Position numbers and translations under genes: made by a program. This document shows positions 51,851-63,950 of a DNA stretch of 64,000 nt, piece after piece. Source of the DNA: Chiloscyllium plagiosum (lineage: Eukaryota); assembly GCF_004010195.1 (NCBI RefSeq), contig NC_057718.1, positions 27,849,974-27,913,973 of the forward strand, in the 5' to 3' direction. Within the stretch, counting starts at the first letter, position 1. Every line of letters starts with the position of its first letter. The notes under the pieces are model-generated. The model worked only from the letters and a program-made list of their open reading frames with translations. It did no database searches and was not told the origin of the DNA.

Positions 51851-52734
51851 CTATTTGACCAGGCTCAATTCTAATGTCAAGCTTTTAACCTCATTGCCAA
51901 TCTTTTCCTGGGTATTAATTGTGGTGGAAGCGAGTTAAAATTGAGGCCATGTTTCAATAATGATTATTTCACTGTACCCACCTACTTTTTGATATTTTAA
52001 ATATTGTTGAGATATGTTATACCACACATCTGGAGCAATTAAGGACTTGAACTCCCTGGCCCAGAGGTAATGGACATTCTAATTACATAATTAGAGCCCC
52101 AGCCTCTGCAGTCCTCACTTTCTCCACAATTCGAGCCCCGATGACCCATTTTCACACTTGCCACTTTTGTTGCAGTTCTCTGGTTGGCCATTAGTGTCAC
52201 TACTGAACACAATGCAACCATTTCGAATGAGACGGATAAAATGAAGCAAATCCTGCAGGAGGTGATAAAGACTAACCAGAAATAGGTCTGATCCATGAAG
52301 AGTACAGTTAAGTAAGGGTAAAGGCAAACTGATAAAATGGTTGGAAAATCAGCATCAGGAAGATTCCATAGTGTACTGCTGGACTATACGTAAAAACTGA
52401 ATCGCTGGAATGTTACTTTTAAAAGAAATGCATTTATTGCATCATTAAAATTATTGTCTTCTGATTCAAACTGATATAAAAAAACTGTTTGAAACAATTC
52501 ACTAGCTTATAGAGTGAAACTCCACAGACTCAAGATCAATGGGAAACCTAATGGTGACTAAGGAGTTAGTTCAACAAGTCTCATGGTAAGGCAATGCAGG
52601 TTGCTCAGTTACGTATGTGAGATCGAAAATTGTGGTGGAATTGTTTCACTTTCAAAATTACTGAATTAAATTATTGAATTAAATAGTTTACGCAACGTTA
52701 ATACTTCATTCTAATATACTTAATCCACTACGTG

Positions 52735-53870
52735 GAATATACAGCACAGAAACAGGCCATTTGGCCCAACTAATATATATTGTTATTTATGCTACATACG
52801 TCTCTACCCATTACTCTTCACCTAACTCTTATCCACATAATGTTTGACTCCTTTCTCCCCTGAATTTATTTTGTACACTAACACTCACATTGTAATTACA
52901 CCAACACTATTTGCCTCAACTGCTCTTTTAATGTTGTCACATTCTACCTACTGTCTGCATAAAGAAAATTCTCCTGAATTCCCTTCTGGATTAATAAGTG
53001 GTTATGTTATATTTTGACTCCTAGTTTTGTCTTCCCTATAAATAGAAATATGTTTTCCTTTCTATTGAACCTTCTCATTATCCTAAAGACACCCATCAGG
53101 TCATCCATCAGCCTTCTTTTCTTGAGGGAAAAGATCTTCAACCTACTCAACTTTTCTTGAAAGATGTAGCCTCTCAGTTCTGCTATCATCCTTATAAATC
53201 TTTTTTGCACCTTCTTCACTACATTTCTACCTTTTCTATAATATGAAGATCTTAGCTCTTATTAATATTCCAATGTTGTTTGATTATGTTTAACGTTAAT
53301 TGTCTGTTTCTCACTTTTGGTCCTCTGGAAATGAACCTCATTTTTTAAAAACTATAAGAACTACGAATGTTGTAAATCAGAGACAAAAATAGAAATTGCT
53401 GGAAAAGCTCAGCAGGTATAGCAGCATCCATGCAGAGAAATCAAAGTTAACCTTTCGGGTTGAGGGACCCTTTTCTCAGTTCCCAAAATGTTAACTGATT
53501 ACTCTTCACAGAGGCTGCCAGACATTCTGAGCTTCTCCAGCAATTTCTATTTTTTGTCTCAACCTAATTTCTTGTTTGTTTTTAGTGGTCATATTAACTT
53601 GTGTCACCATTTTCAGTCATTCGTGGATCTCTATTGCCAAATCCCTTTACTTCTTTGTCCATTTGTTCTCAGAAATGTATAACATTTCTATTTTCCCCTC
53701 CAAACAGCAACACCTCAGACTTATCTATATTGACAAGATATGTCAAGGTGTTTCTCAATATAAATGATACCCCACCAATTTGGTGTCATTGCCAAATTTG
53801 AACTTATATTTATGATTTTGCAGTCCAGTTTTTTAAATCCAAATGTTGAACAACAGAGATCCAGTGCCAA
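52735..53870 (-). mobile_element. Old CR1 remnant interrupted by a PLE palindrome
   Basis: KVQKRFIRMIAELRG...FSLKKRRL peptide. Confidence 0.7.
53380..53560. repeat. About 180-bp palindrome of PLE terminal repeats
   Basis: gagacaaaaatagaaattgctggaaaagctcag ... ctgagcttctccagcaatttctattttttgtctc. Confidence 0.8.
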
Positions 53871-54598
53871 TAGAAAATGGGATTCACATTGTTAAGTGGT
53901 TGTTTTTGACTGACATAGACTTAATGGGCTGAAGAGCCTTTGTCAGTGCTGTAGGACAAATGAATCGATGACAATACTGCAGAACTCCACTCCCCAGACA
54001 CAACCAGTCCAAAAAACTACTCAAAACTTGGAATGGTGTTATATTGAACCTGAAACATTCACTCTATTTTTCTCTCTCCAGAGTTGCTGCCAAAGACTTG
54101 ATGAGTTTTTCCAACACTTTCTATTTTCCTTCAGATCTCCCGTATCTGCAGCATTTTGCTTTTGTATTTCTCTTAACCCTTGCCTGTTTTCTGTATTTTC
54201 TAGGCAGCTTGCTATCTGCCTCCTGATTCTTCATGCTTTGACCTTAGTCATTGAGTCATTGCGATCTTTTTACCAACTGGATCTAATATGCTGAGCAGTT
54301 GTCAATGGAGTTAGTGCATTTGATCAACTATTCTAAATGGGAATGAGAAATCTTGATGGCCTGAATGGAGTAATCCACTGAGGACAAAACATTCCAGGAG
54401 AAAGAAATTAAATGGTACTTAATGAATATTAGTCTCAGAGTAGGAATGATACTTGAATGACATTTCTGAAATATTTTTGATTTTTCAAGTTCAGAAAGCA
54501 ATGTATCAGAGAATTGTGGTGAATATTTTGATGATAACATTGTGTTCTGTGACACAACAGCTATAACAGCTGCCCATTTGATAGGATGTGGCCAATAT

Positions 54599-54912
54599 GG
54601 CGGCACGGTGGCACGGTGGTTAGCACTGCTGCCTCGCAGCGCTGGAGACCCTGGTTCAATTCCCGCCTCAGGCGACTGACTGTGTGGAGTTTGCACATTC
54701 TCCCTGTGTCTGCATGGGTTTCCTCCGGGTGCTCCGGTTTCCTCCCACAGTCCAAAGATGTGCAGGTTAGGTGAATTGGCCATGCTAAATTGCCCGTAGT
54801 GTTGGGTAAATGTAGGGGTATGGGTATGGGTGGGTTGCGCTTCGGCGGGTCGGTGTGGACTTGTTGGGCCGAAGGGCCTGTTTTCACACTGTAATGTAAA
54901 CTGTAATCTAAT
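54599..54912 (+). mobile_element. HE1-type SINE (young copy)
   Basis: Nearly identical to 26873-27185, with CpGs retained. Confidence 0.95.
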
Positions 54913-54994
54913 AATGTGATGTTGGATGGCCAAAATGTTCCAACACTATAGACGCAGCAGTGCTGCCTTCTTTCAATGTACAGGTGATTTCTGA

Positions 54995-55310
54995 GGGTGG
55001 CACAGTGGCTCAATGGTTGGCACTGCTGCCTCACAGTGTCAGGGGTCTGGGTTTGATTCCACCCTAAGGTGACTGTGTGTATGTACTTTGCACATCCTCC
55101 CTGTGACTGCGTGGGTTTCCTCCGGGTGGTCTGGTTTCCTCTCACAGTCCAAAGATGTGCAGTTAGGTGTATTGGCCATGCCAAATTGCCCATAGTGTCC
55201 AGGGGTGGGTTAGCCATGGAAGTGCAAGATTATGTGGGTAGGATGCTTATTGGAGGGTTGATGTAGACTTGAACCAAATTGCCTGCTCCCACACTGTAGG
55301 AATTCTATGA
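54995..55310 (+). mobile_element. HE1-type SINE (older copy)
   Basis: Same head and V-domain motifs. Confidence 0.85.
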
Positions 55311-55861
55311 ACAAAGTCAAAAAAGCTTTTTTATCTTCTAGCAGTTAGTGCTAAAAATTCCAACAAGACTCTGGACCTGACCTTTGGTAGATTAGGGACA
55401 TGTTCTCCTGATCCATGACAGTCTCATTGTTAGAGGACAAATGCTTAGGGACAAGTTCAAATATCCACCAGGGTCATGGTGTGGCACATATCTGGTTTCC
55501 TCAAACAGCTATTTCATTACTTAGTTTTATCAAGAGCATTTTACAATAGAGCGAAGTTATGGGATATAAGATTAGTAGTATCTGTTGTTTTCCCTAGAAC
55601 TGTGCCACACCAAGGACTCTTAAAATGGAGCAGCAAGAAGAAAGGCAGAGAAAAGCTAATGAAGTTGATCATGAGACAGAAGAATTATCTGCTGAACAAT
55701 CTACTCAAATACTGCAGTCATCAGATAAATTGCAACTACTTAAAGCTTTATTAATGCAGTACTTGCTTATCAGTCAATGCACAAACCCTCCCACAAGTGC
55801 CCAATTTCAGTGTGAATTAAAATATTTTTCAATTAGTCCCACATACACAGCTGCAATAATT

Positions 55862-56172
55862 GAGTGGTGAGTTGGCTCAGTGGTTAGCACTACTACCTTA
55901 CAGCGCCAGGGACCTGGGTTCAATTCCACCCTCAGTCTGTGGAGTTTGCATGTTCTTTCGGTGTCTGTTTGGGTGCATTGGTTTTGACCCCAGATTAAAG
56001 ATGTGCAGATTAGGTGGATTAATAGTGCTTAAATTGTGCAGGTTAGGTGAATTAGCCATTGGAAATGCAGGTTTCTAGGGACAGGATAGAGTAGTGAGTT
56101 TGGGTGGAATGCTGTTTGGAGGGTTGGTGTGGACATGATTGGCTGAATTGCCTGTTCTAGGTATTCTATGAA
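55862..56172 (+). mobile_element. HE1-type SINE with internal duplication
   Basis: ggctcagtggttagcac head; the tgtgcag(a/g)ttaggtg block occurs twice. Confidence 0.8.
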
Positions 56173-59100
56173 TATGACGGGTTTCTTCCGAAGAACCTGA
56201 ATTAACCTCATGATAAGCACTGTCAGGACACGTTGTAATAGAACAATTGTTATTATCCTTTATTATATTCATCACATTTGTTATGATGCTTTCCCTTAGT
56301 GAAAATGTACAATGTGTATTTTCTATTTCTTGATGTTCTGGTGTCTCCCTTTAATTTCTTTTTAGTGAGAAGATGAAGTGACATGGATGGTTACTGGGTG
56401 TCAATACCTGCCTCTAGGAGCATGCATGGTTTCGTCTCTGCTTCAGATGGGTCCGAAGATGGCACTGCAAGTGAAGGTACAATAGTTAGAGATTAAATGG
56501 CTGACTGGGTCTGAATCATCAGCCATTCTGTAGTCGTTATTTAGGTGAAATGGCAGGCATTTTGGGATGCGACAGTTTTGAGAGACATTACAATCATTTG
56601 TGCCAATTCTTGCCAATACCCTGCTGCTGGGCATTCTGTCAGCATGGTCAGAGAGCCTGTAAGGTAGTAGAAGTGTGTGGCAGTGTGACTCTGTTTCTCC
56701 AAATCGATAATCCTGGGGGCAAAGCAGTTTGGTATTGACCAGATTTAGTGGTCAAATCCTAGCATATCAATTAAATTCATTATGTGGGCTTGTGTGTTGG
56801 GGAATGGTGGGCTTGAAGGAGGATTCTGAAAGTTCCATCATAAATTCTTTATTATTTCATATTAATTGTAAGCAAAAGGTAGGTACTAACTGGGGATTCA
56901 CTTGTGCTCCCACAAATAGGAATGACTCAGTCTGTAGTTGTTGGATTATAGAGTGCGTGTCTTTAATCTGTATCTCATAAAATCATATCTCTGCAAATAA
57001 ATTTAGTTTGGAGAGATTGGTTCCAGTTCTACCCTTCACCACTTGGCTTTCTGAAGTATAATATTCATGCCTAAAATTTGAATGGCGCTAAATGATGTTT
57101 ATGTCTACAGCACAGTAAAGGGTAATTCAGTCCAACTGTGGTTAAGGTGAACATCTATCTACTCTCTCCCTATTCTTTCAGCATACTTTCTATTCCTTTG
57201 TTCCTCGTATTTATCTAACTTTCCATTAAATACAGTCATGTTATTCACTTCAACAACCTCTTGTTATAACATGTTCCAGTCTATCCAACTTCCTTCTCTT
57301 TGAACTTATTATGTCTGAAGGAACAAGGAACTTTGTGAAGGAGGCACAGGATCTCTCCAATTCAAGCATTTAAATGCAAGGTTCAGAACCTGGCCATGTA
57401 CCAAGATGATCTCTGAAAAGGTTAGCCCTGCCATTAAGACAGGACTGCTCTTCACAAGAGACAGTAAATTAAAATGTACACTTAAAAGAACGCAAAGTGA
57501 TTAATTTGTACTCCCACATCAACAGAAATAAATTTCCTGGCTTTTGCCCAGCAACACCATGCACATTCCTATTGTGCTCGTGTGGTACTCAACATGCTTC
57601 CTCAAGGAGATGGTCCTTTCTTTGCTTTTGATGGGTCTGAAGATGGTACAAATGAAGGCACTTGGTTAGAAATGAAATGGCTGATTGGTTCTGCATTGTG
57701 AGTCACTCTCCCATGTAGGTATTCAAAAGTAGCATGGGAAAGCAAACTACAGGGTCTCTGGAAATGAAGTTTACACATTTCCGCTTCAACTATAGGGCAA
57801 TGCTACATATGATGGTGGAAGTAGCTCAGCAGAAATATTGGTGGGCTGACCAGTAGAGTTGCAATAATTGGTGATTTCAGTTACCCTCAGGGTAGACTAA
57901 GGAAAAGGTAGTGTGGAGCATGGAAGGGAAGAAATGGTTGCAATGTGTGTTGGAGAATGCTCTGGGACAGTCCATTTTCAGTCCTATCAGGGAGGGTGTT
58001 GTGCTGGATCTGTTCCTAGGAAATGAGACAGGACAAGAAGGGGAGCATTTAAGAAATAGTGATCAGAATGCAATATGGTTCAGTATTAGTTTGGAAAAAG
58101 ATAAAATCAGTCAAGGATTAAGATCCCAGGCTAGGAAAGAGCACATTTGAGGAGTCTAAAAGTTATATTTGAGCGAGTTAATGAGAAACACATTTTGGTG
58201 GATGAAACAGTGGACAAAAAAAATGAGAGAATGTCAAAAGAGAGATGAATAGAGTGTAAGCCATGTGCATACCCATGACAAATAACGGGGTATCCAAAAC
58301 TAAAATATCCTGGATATCTGAAGATATTTGTGAGATAATAAGGAAGACAAAGGAGACATATAATGCATACTGGAATAATAGTAACAACAGAAATCAGGAA
58401 GAGAATCTCAAATGCAGGAGAAAGGCTAAGGCTGGAATAGGGAAGGCTAAGGAGAAGCATGAAGAAAGAATGACAGGCTGCACTAAAGCAAATAATGAAA
58501 TTTTCTTTGAACATATTAATAAAGATAAGTGAAGGATAGAATGGGGCTCATAAGGAAAAAGCAGGCTGCTCACTGAAGCAAAGGATACGGCAGAGGTCCA
58601 AAATTAATATTTTGCTTCTGTCTTTACAAAAGTAAAAAATGGTGACAATGGCCGAGTTGAAAATGTGTGTGTTGAGCAACTGAGCAGTATAGTGCTAGAT
58701 AAAGAAGAGATGCTAAAAAAGGCTGGCACTCCAGGGAGACAAATTACCAGGTCTAGGTGGGCTGCATTCTAGATTGCTGAAAGATGTAATGAAGTAAATT
58801 GTGGCATCATTGACAAAAATTTTCCAGTCCTCTCTGAACACTGGATTAGTTCCAAGGGATGAAAGGATTGCAAATGTATTACCATTGTTTAAGAAAAGGG
58901 CAAAGGATAACGTAGGAAACTACTGACCTGTCAGCTTGACATCAATTGTGGGATAACTGATGGAGGCCATATACAGGATAAGATGAAGATCCATTTAGGG
59001 AAACATAGGTTAATATCAGGCAGTCAATATGGCTTTGTCGAGGATAGGTCATGTCTGACAAATTGAATTCTTTGACAAGTTGACATAGGCCGCGGATGAG

Positions 59101-59339
59101 GGTAATGCTGTAGATGTTGTATATTTGGACTTTGAGAAAAGATTTGATATGGCATCACATGGCAGCTATGTTTAGCAAATTAGAAATGTTTGGGATTGAT
59201 ATATTTTGGCAACATGATTTTACATTGGCTAAAAGGTGGGAAACAGAGTGTAGATATATATGGGCATTTCTCACACTGGAGATGAGTTAAAAGTAGTATT
59301 TCCCAGGGATTGGTGTTGGGACCCTTGCATTTTCTGACG

Positions 59340-61043
59340 AGTATTTTGCATCATTATTTACTGTAGAAAAGGACATGGAAAATATAGAATGTAAGGAAAT
59401 AGATGGTGACATCTTGAAAAATGTCCATATTACAGAGGAAGAAGTGCTGGATGTCTTGAAACACATAAAAGCAGATAAATCCCCATGACCTAATCAGGTG
59501 TACCCTAGAACTCTGTGGGAAGTAGGGAAGTGACTGCTGGGGCCCTTACTGAGATATTTGTATCATCAATAGTCGCAGGTGAGGTACTGGAAGATTGGAG
59601 GTTGGCTAATGTGGTGCCACTGTTTAAGAATGGTGGTAAGGACAAGCCAGGGAACTATACACAGTGAGCCTGACGTCGGTTGTGGGCAAGTTGTTGGAGG
59701 GAATCCTGAGGGACAGGATGTGCATGTATTTGTAAAGGCAAGGACTGATTAGGTATAGTCAATATGGCTTTGTGCGTGCGAAATCATGTATCACAAACTT
59801 GATTGCATTTTTTTGAAGAGGTAACAAAGGGGATTGATGAGGGCAGAGTGGTGGACGTGATCTAAAAGGATTTCAGTAAGGCATTTGACAAGGTTCCCCA
59901 TGGGAGACTGGTAAGCAAGGTTAGATATCATTGAATCCAGGGAGAACTAGCCATTTGGATACAAAACTGGCTCAAAGTAGAAGACAGAGGGTGGTGGTGG
60001 AGGGTTGTTTTTCAGACTGTGTCAGTGGAGTGCCACAAGCATCGGTGTTGGGTCCTCTACTTTTCGTCATTTACATAAATGATTTGGATGTGAGCATAAG
60101 ACAGATAGTTAGTAAGTTTGCAGATGACACCAAAATTTGAGGTGTAGTGGACAGCAAAGAAGGTTATCTCAGATTACAACGGGATCTCGATCAGATGGGC
60201 CAATGGGCTGAGAAGTGGCAGATGGAGTTTAATTCAGATAAATGCGAGATGCTGCACTTAGGGAAAGCAAATCTTAGCAGGACTTATACACTTAATGGTA
60301 AAGTCCTAGGGAGTGCTCCTGAACAAAGAGACTTTGGAATGCAGGTTCATAGCTCCTTCAAAGTGGAGTCGCAGGTAGATAGGAAAGTGAAGAAGGCATT
60401 TGGTATGCTTTCCTTTATTGGTCAGAGTATTGAGTACAGAAGTTGGGAGGTCATGTTGCGGCTGTACAGGACATTGATTAGACTACTGTTGCAATATTGC
60501 ATGCAATTCTGGTCTCCTTCCTATCGGAAAGATGTTGTGAAACTTGAAAGCGTTCAGAAAAGATTTACAAAGATGTTGCCAGGGCTGGAGGATTTGAGCT
60601 ATAAGGAGAGGCTGAACAGGCTGGGGCTGTTTTCCCTGGAGGGTCGGAGGCTGAGAGGATCCCTTAAAGAGGTTTATAAAATCATGAGTGGTATGGATAA
60701 AATAAATAGACAAAGTATTTACCCTGGGGTGGGGGAGTCCAGAACAAGAGGGCATAGGTTTAGGGTGAGAGGGGGAAGATATGAAAGAGACCTAAGGGGC
60801 AACTTTTTCACTCAGAGAGTGGTACGTGTATGGAATGAACTGCCAGAGGAAGTGGTGAAGATGAGTACAATTGCAACATTTAAAAGGCATCTGGATGGGT
60901 TTATGAATAGGAAGGGTTTGGAGGGATATGGGTCAGATGCTGGCAGGTGGGACTAGATTGGGTTGGGATATCTGGTCGGCATGGACAAGTTGGACTATAG
61001 GGTCTGTTCCCGTGCTGTACATCTCTATGACTCCATGACTCTA
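59340..61043 (+). mobile_element. CR1 subfamily A RT region
   Basis: [30 protein letters not shown], and a 269-aa open C-terminal stretch at 60147-60956; upstream stops and frameshifts. Confidence 0.95.
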
Positions 61044-61178
61044 TTTGGAGATGGATGTTGATGGCAAAATCTTTAAACTTGCAGATGATTCTAAATTACA
61101 GAGAATAGTGAATTGTGGGAATGATGCTGAGTGACTTCAGAAGGAGATTGATAGGTTGGCTAATAGGGCAGAGACCTG

Positions 61179-61900
61179 TATTATGAAGATGTGAGTGTGC
61201 TGTACTCTTAGAAGAGTTAAAAGCTAGTAGAACTAACTGACACAGCACCAAGTTTTCTGAATAAGGTAACAATGTCACACTTGGTTGAAAGCTAGATTAG
61301 CTGGTTGCCTGGAAACGACAAAACAGATTCGAATTAGGCCAATCAGTTTAAATTATACCCCCAAAAATATCAAATTCCAATCAAGTTTGAATTTGGTATA
61401 TTGACAATCTTAAAAGCCAATGACGTAATCCAATGCTGTGGGGATATACGACCGGGAAAAATTGAACCGTTGAGAGGAGAACTGCCAAGCCAACAGCCTC
61501 TGCAGACTGCCTGGAGAAGAGCTCTCTTAAAGGTACCTATATCGAACAGTGACGTGTGAAGCATAATCCCTAAGAAGAAGAAAAGAAGACACAGGAAGAT
61601 CCAAATACAAGACTCAGCAGCTGGCTTGTTTTGAGAACTTAAGTTTTTGGTAAATCTTAATCAGGAGGGGGTTTTTATCGAACTAGTATTGTCGAAGGGA
61701 AGGTAAAAGATCGATTAGAGGAAGGAGTTGTAAACAGTTGTTAGCTAATTATTCTCTGTTATACTTTAAGAAATAAAGTTGTAAATTTGTACTTTAAATT
61801 GTTCTTGGTCTCTTGAATTTTCACAGATTACTCCACAGGATAAATCTTTTCTGTGTTGCTAGTTTAAATTAAGCAGGAGGGTTTACCCTGTTTTGTAACA
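61179..61900 (+). mobile_element. Solo LTR, about 720 bp
   Basis: T(A)TTATG...GTAACA, AATAAA at about 61772; same family as 14641-15337; interrupts the CR1 codons for W-Q. Confidence 0.88.
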
Positions 61901-62265
61901 TTTGGCAATTGAATTTCAATGTAGAGAAATATGAGGTAAAGCATTTTGGTAGAAGAAGCACAGAGAGACAATATAGGCTCAATGGTATAACTTCAAGGAG
62001 AGTACAGGAGCAGGAGGACCTCGGGTTTCATGTGTATGATGATCTGAAGGTGGCCAGGCAAGTAGAAACACTTGTTAGGAAGGCTTACAGAAGTCTGGGG
62101 TTTATAAGTAGAGGCATGAATTATAGAAGCAAGAAGGTGATGCTATACCTCTACAAATTATTGGCCAGACCACATTTGGAGTATTGTGTTCAGTTCTGGG
62201 CACCTTATTTAAGAAAAGATGTTAAAACCCAGAAGAAAGTTCAAAGGAGGTTGACTAGAATGATA

Positions 62266-62717
62266 CTAGGTAAAAACAATGACTGCAGATGCTGGAAACC
62301 AGATTCTGGATTAGCGGTGCTGGAAGAGCACAGCAGCTCAGGCAGCATCTGTGCTCTTCCAGCATCACTAATCCAGAATCTGGTTTCCAGCATCTGCAGT
62401 CATTGTTTTTACCTAGTTGATTTTAACCCTACTGCGAATCCTCTTGCAAGGATGCCTGCCTTGAAGAAGTTTTCCTCCTCTCTCTACAAGAATCTCAGGG
62501 AGTCCCTCTCCCACTGCAACTCCCAGGTCATTTCCTCTGCCCTGAAGCTCTTACTCTATGCTACTCTCCCCACCCCCACCCTCCCCTAGCCTATCTCTTC
62601 ACGCTTCAGGCTCATTGCCTTTATTCCTGATGAAGGGCTTTTGCCCGAAACGTCGATTTCAAAGCTCCTTGGATGCTGCCTGAACTACTGTGCTCTTCCA
62701 GCACCACTAATTTAGAA
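62266..62717 (+). mobile_element. Internally deleted PLE with a 67-bp-stem hairpin and an intact hammerhead motif (62625-62656)
   Basis: Arms 62266-62332 and 62350-62416; CUGAUGA-A-GGGC-uuuu-GCCC-GAAAC-GUC; flanking repeat tagaatgatac(t/c)agg. Confidence 0.85.
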
Positions 62718-63171
62718 TGATACCAGGAATGGGGGATTTTAGATGCAAGGAAAAATGAGAGAAACTGGGCTTATTCTATTGAAGCAGAGATTAGGAGGTG
62801 ACCTTATTGAGCTGTTCAAAATTATGAACATTTTTGACAGGGTAAAGAAGGATATTTTGTTTACACTAGTTCATAGTTGAGGGTCACAATTTCAAGACTG
62901 TCGGCAAGACAGCTAGGAGAGAGATGAGGAGAAATATCTTTACTCAGAGAGACATGAGAATTTGGAATACACTGCCTGGGAGAGTGGTGGAGGGGGATTC
63001 CATAGAAGGTTTCAAAAGAGAGCTGGATACATATATTTGAAAGTGATGAAGTTAGAGAGCTGAAGAGATAGGGCTGAATAATGGGACTGACTGGGTAGCT
63101 CTTTTGGGAGCCAGTACAAACATGATGGTTTGGATGTCCTCCTTCTGTACTGTAAAGTTCTGTGATTACAT

Positions 63172-63850
63172 AAAGCAAGAAGCCAAGAAAAGGGGCCATG
63201 ATGGGCATAGACCAGACAGAGATTTTAAACTGGGAGATACGGTCCACTTAAGGAACTTTGGTGATGGCTCTTCGTGGATTCCTGGAATTATCTTGAAAAA
63301 TGGGACCGGTATCATATATGGTTATACCCAGGGAAAAGACATATTGACTACCTCCGTCAGCAGGAAACCTCTACAGAAGTGATTGTTTTGACAGACACGC
63401 CACCAGTGGCATTCTGCAAACAGGAAATGCTGCTCTCTAAAAGCTCAAGAGCTAGCCCTGCGGACCATGAAGATTCCAATTCAGAGATGGAGACTGAGAT
63501 GGCAGAAGCTCACTTGGAGGTGCCACTGAGGATGAACCCCTGGCAGCAACTCTTTGACAGACTTCACAGAAGGGATGTTTGCTTCCTCATTAAAGACTCC
63601 TCCCCCAACAAGACCTGGAAAACAACAAGAATGGGGCCATGGACAAAACAATGTAAGAGGTTCCTTTGTCACAGGAGAGAAGTGGGTATCTTTGGTCTTG
63701 AAGAGAAAGGGATATGATAATCTCTACAATGCCCATGGAGAATCACTAATTAATCTCCCTGTGGAGCTTGTTGAGTATGTGAGTTCCCTTTTTAACAGAC
63801 AATGGCCTGCCCGGCTGGGACTCATCACCTGAACCCTTGATAAAGTAGAT
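63172..63850 (+). mobile_element. Gypsy 3' end: integrase C-terminus, PPT and start of LTR
   Basis: RDFKLGDTVHLRNFGDGSSWIPGII followed by frameshifted GPVSY; purine tract aagagaaaggga at 63701-63712. Confidence 0.7.
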
Positions 63851-63856
63851 CCAGAG

Positions 63857-63950
63857 GGGCCCTCTTGAGGTGCAGTGTTAGTGTCCCTACACTGGACCAA
63901 AAGACCTAGGTTCAAACCAACCCCTTCCAGAGGTGTGTAATGGTATTGCT
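63857..63950 (+). mobile_element. Short tRNA-derived SINE-like element
   Basis: ggtgcagtgttag A-box and ggttcaaacc B-box; a related minus copy at about 52010-52098. Confidence 0.5.

Larger units (their letters stand above)
57860..63170 (+). mobile_element. Old CR1 (subfamily D) in four pieces (57860-59340, 61044-61178, 61901-62265, 62718-63170)
   Basis: VLDLFLGNE, then FADD at about 61078, then FNVEKYEVKHFG...[19 protein letters not shown]; collinear once the inserts are removed. Confidence 0.85.

Noticed and set aside
54328..55217. ORFs of 201 and 218 aa on the minus strand
   Set aside because: They read through antisense HE1 SINEs; the same peptides recur at other SINE copies.
61909..62589. 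226-aa ORF as a novel chimeric gene
   Set aside because: Chance in-frame junction of a dead CR1 fragment and a PLE insertion, starting at TTG with no expression evidence.
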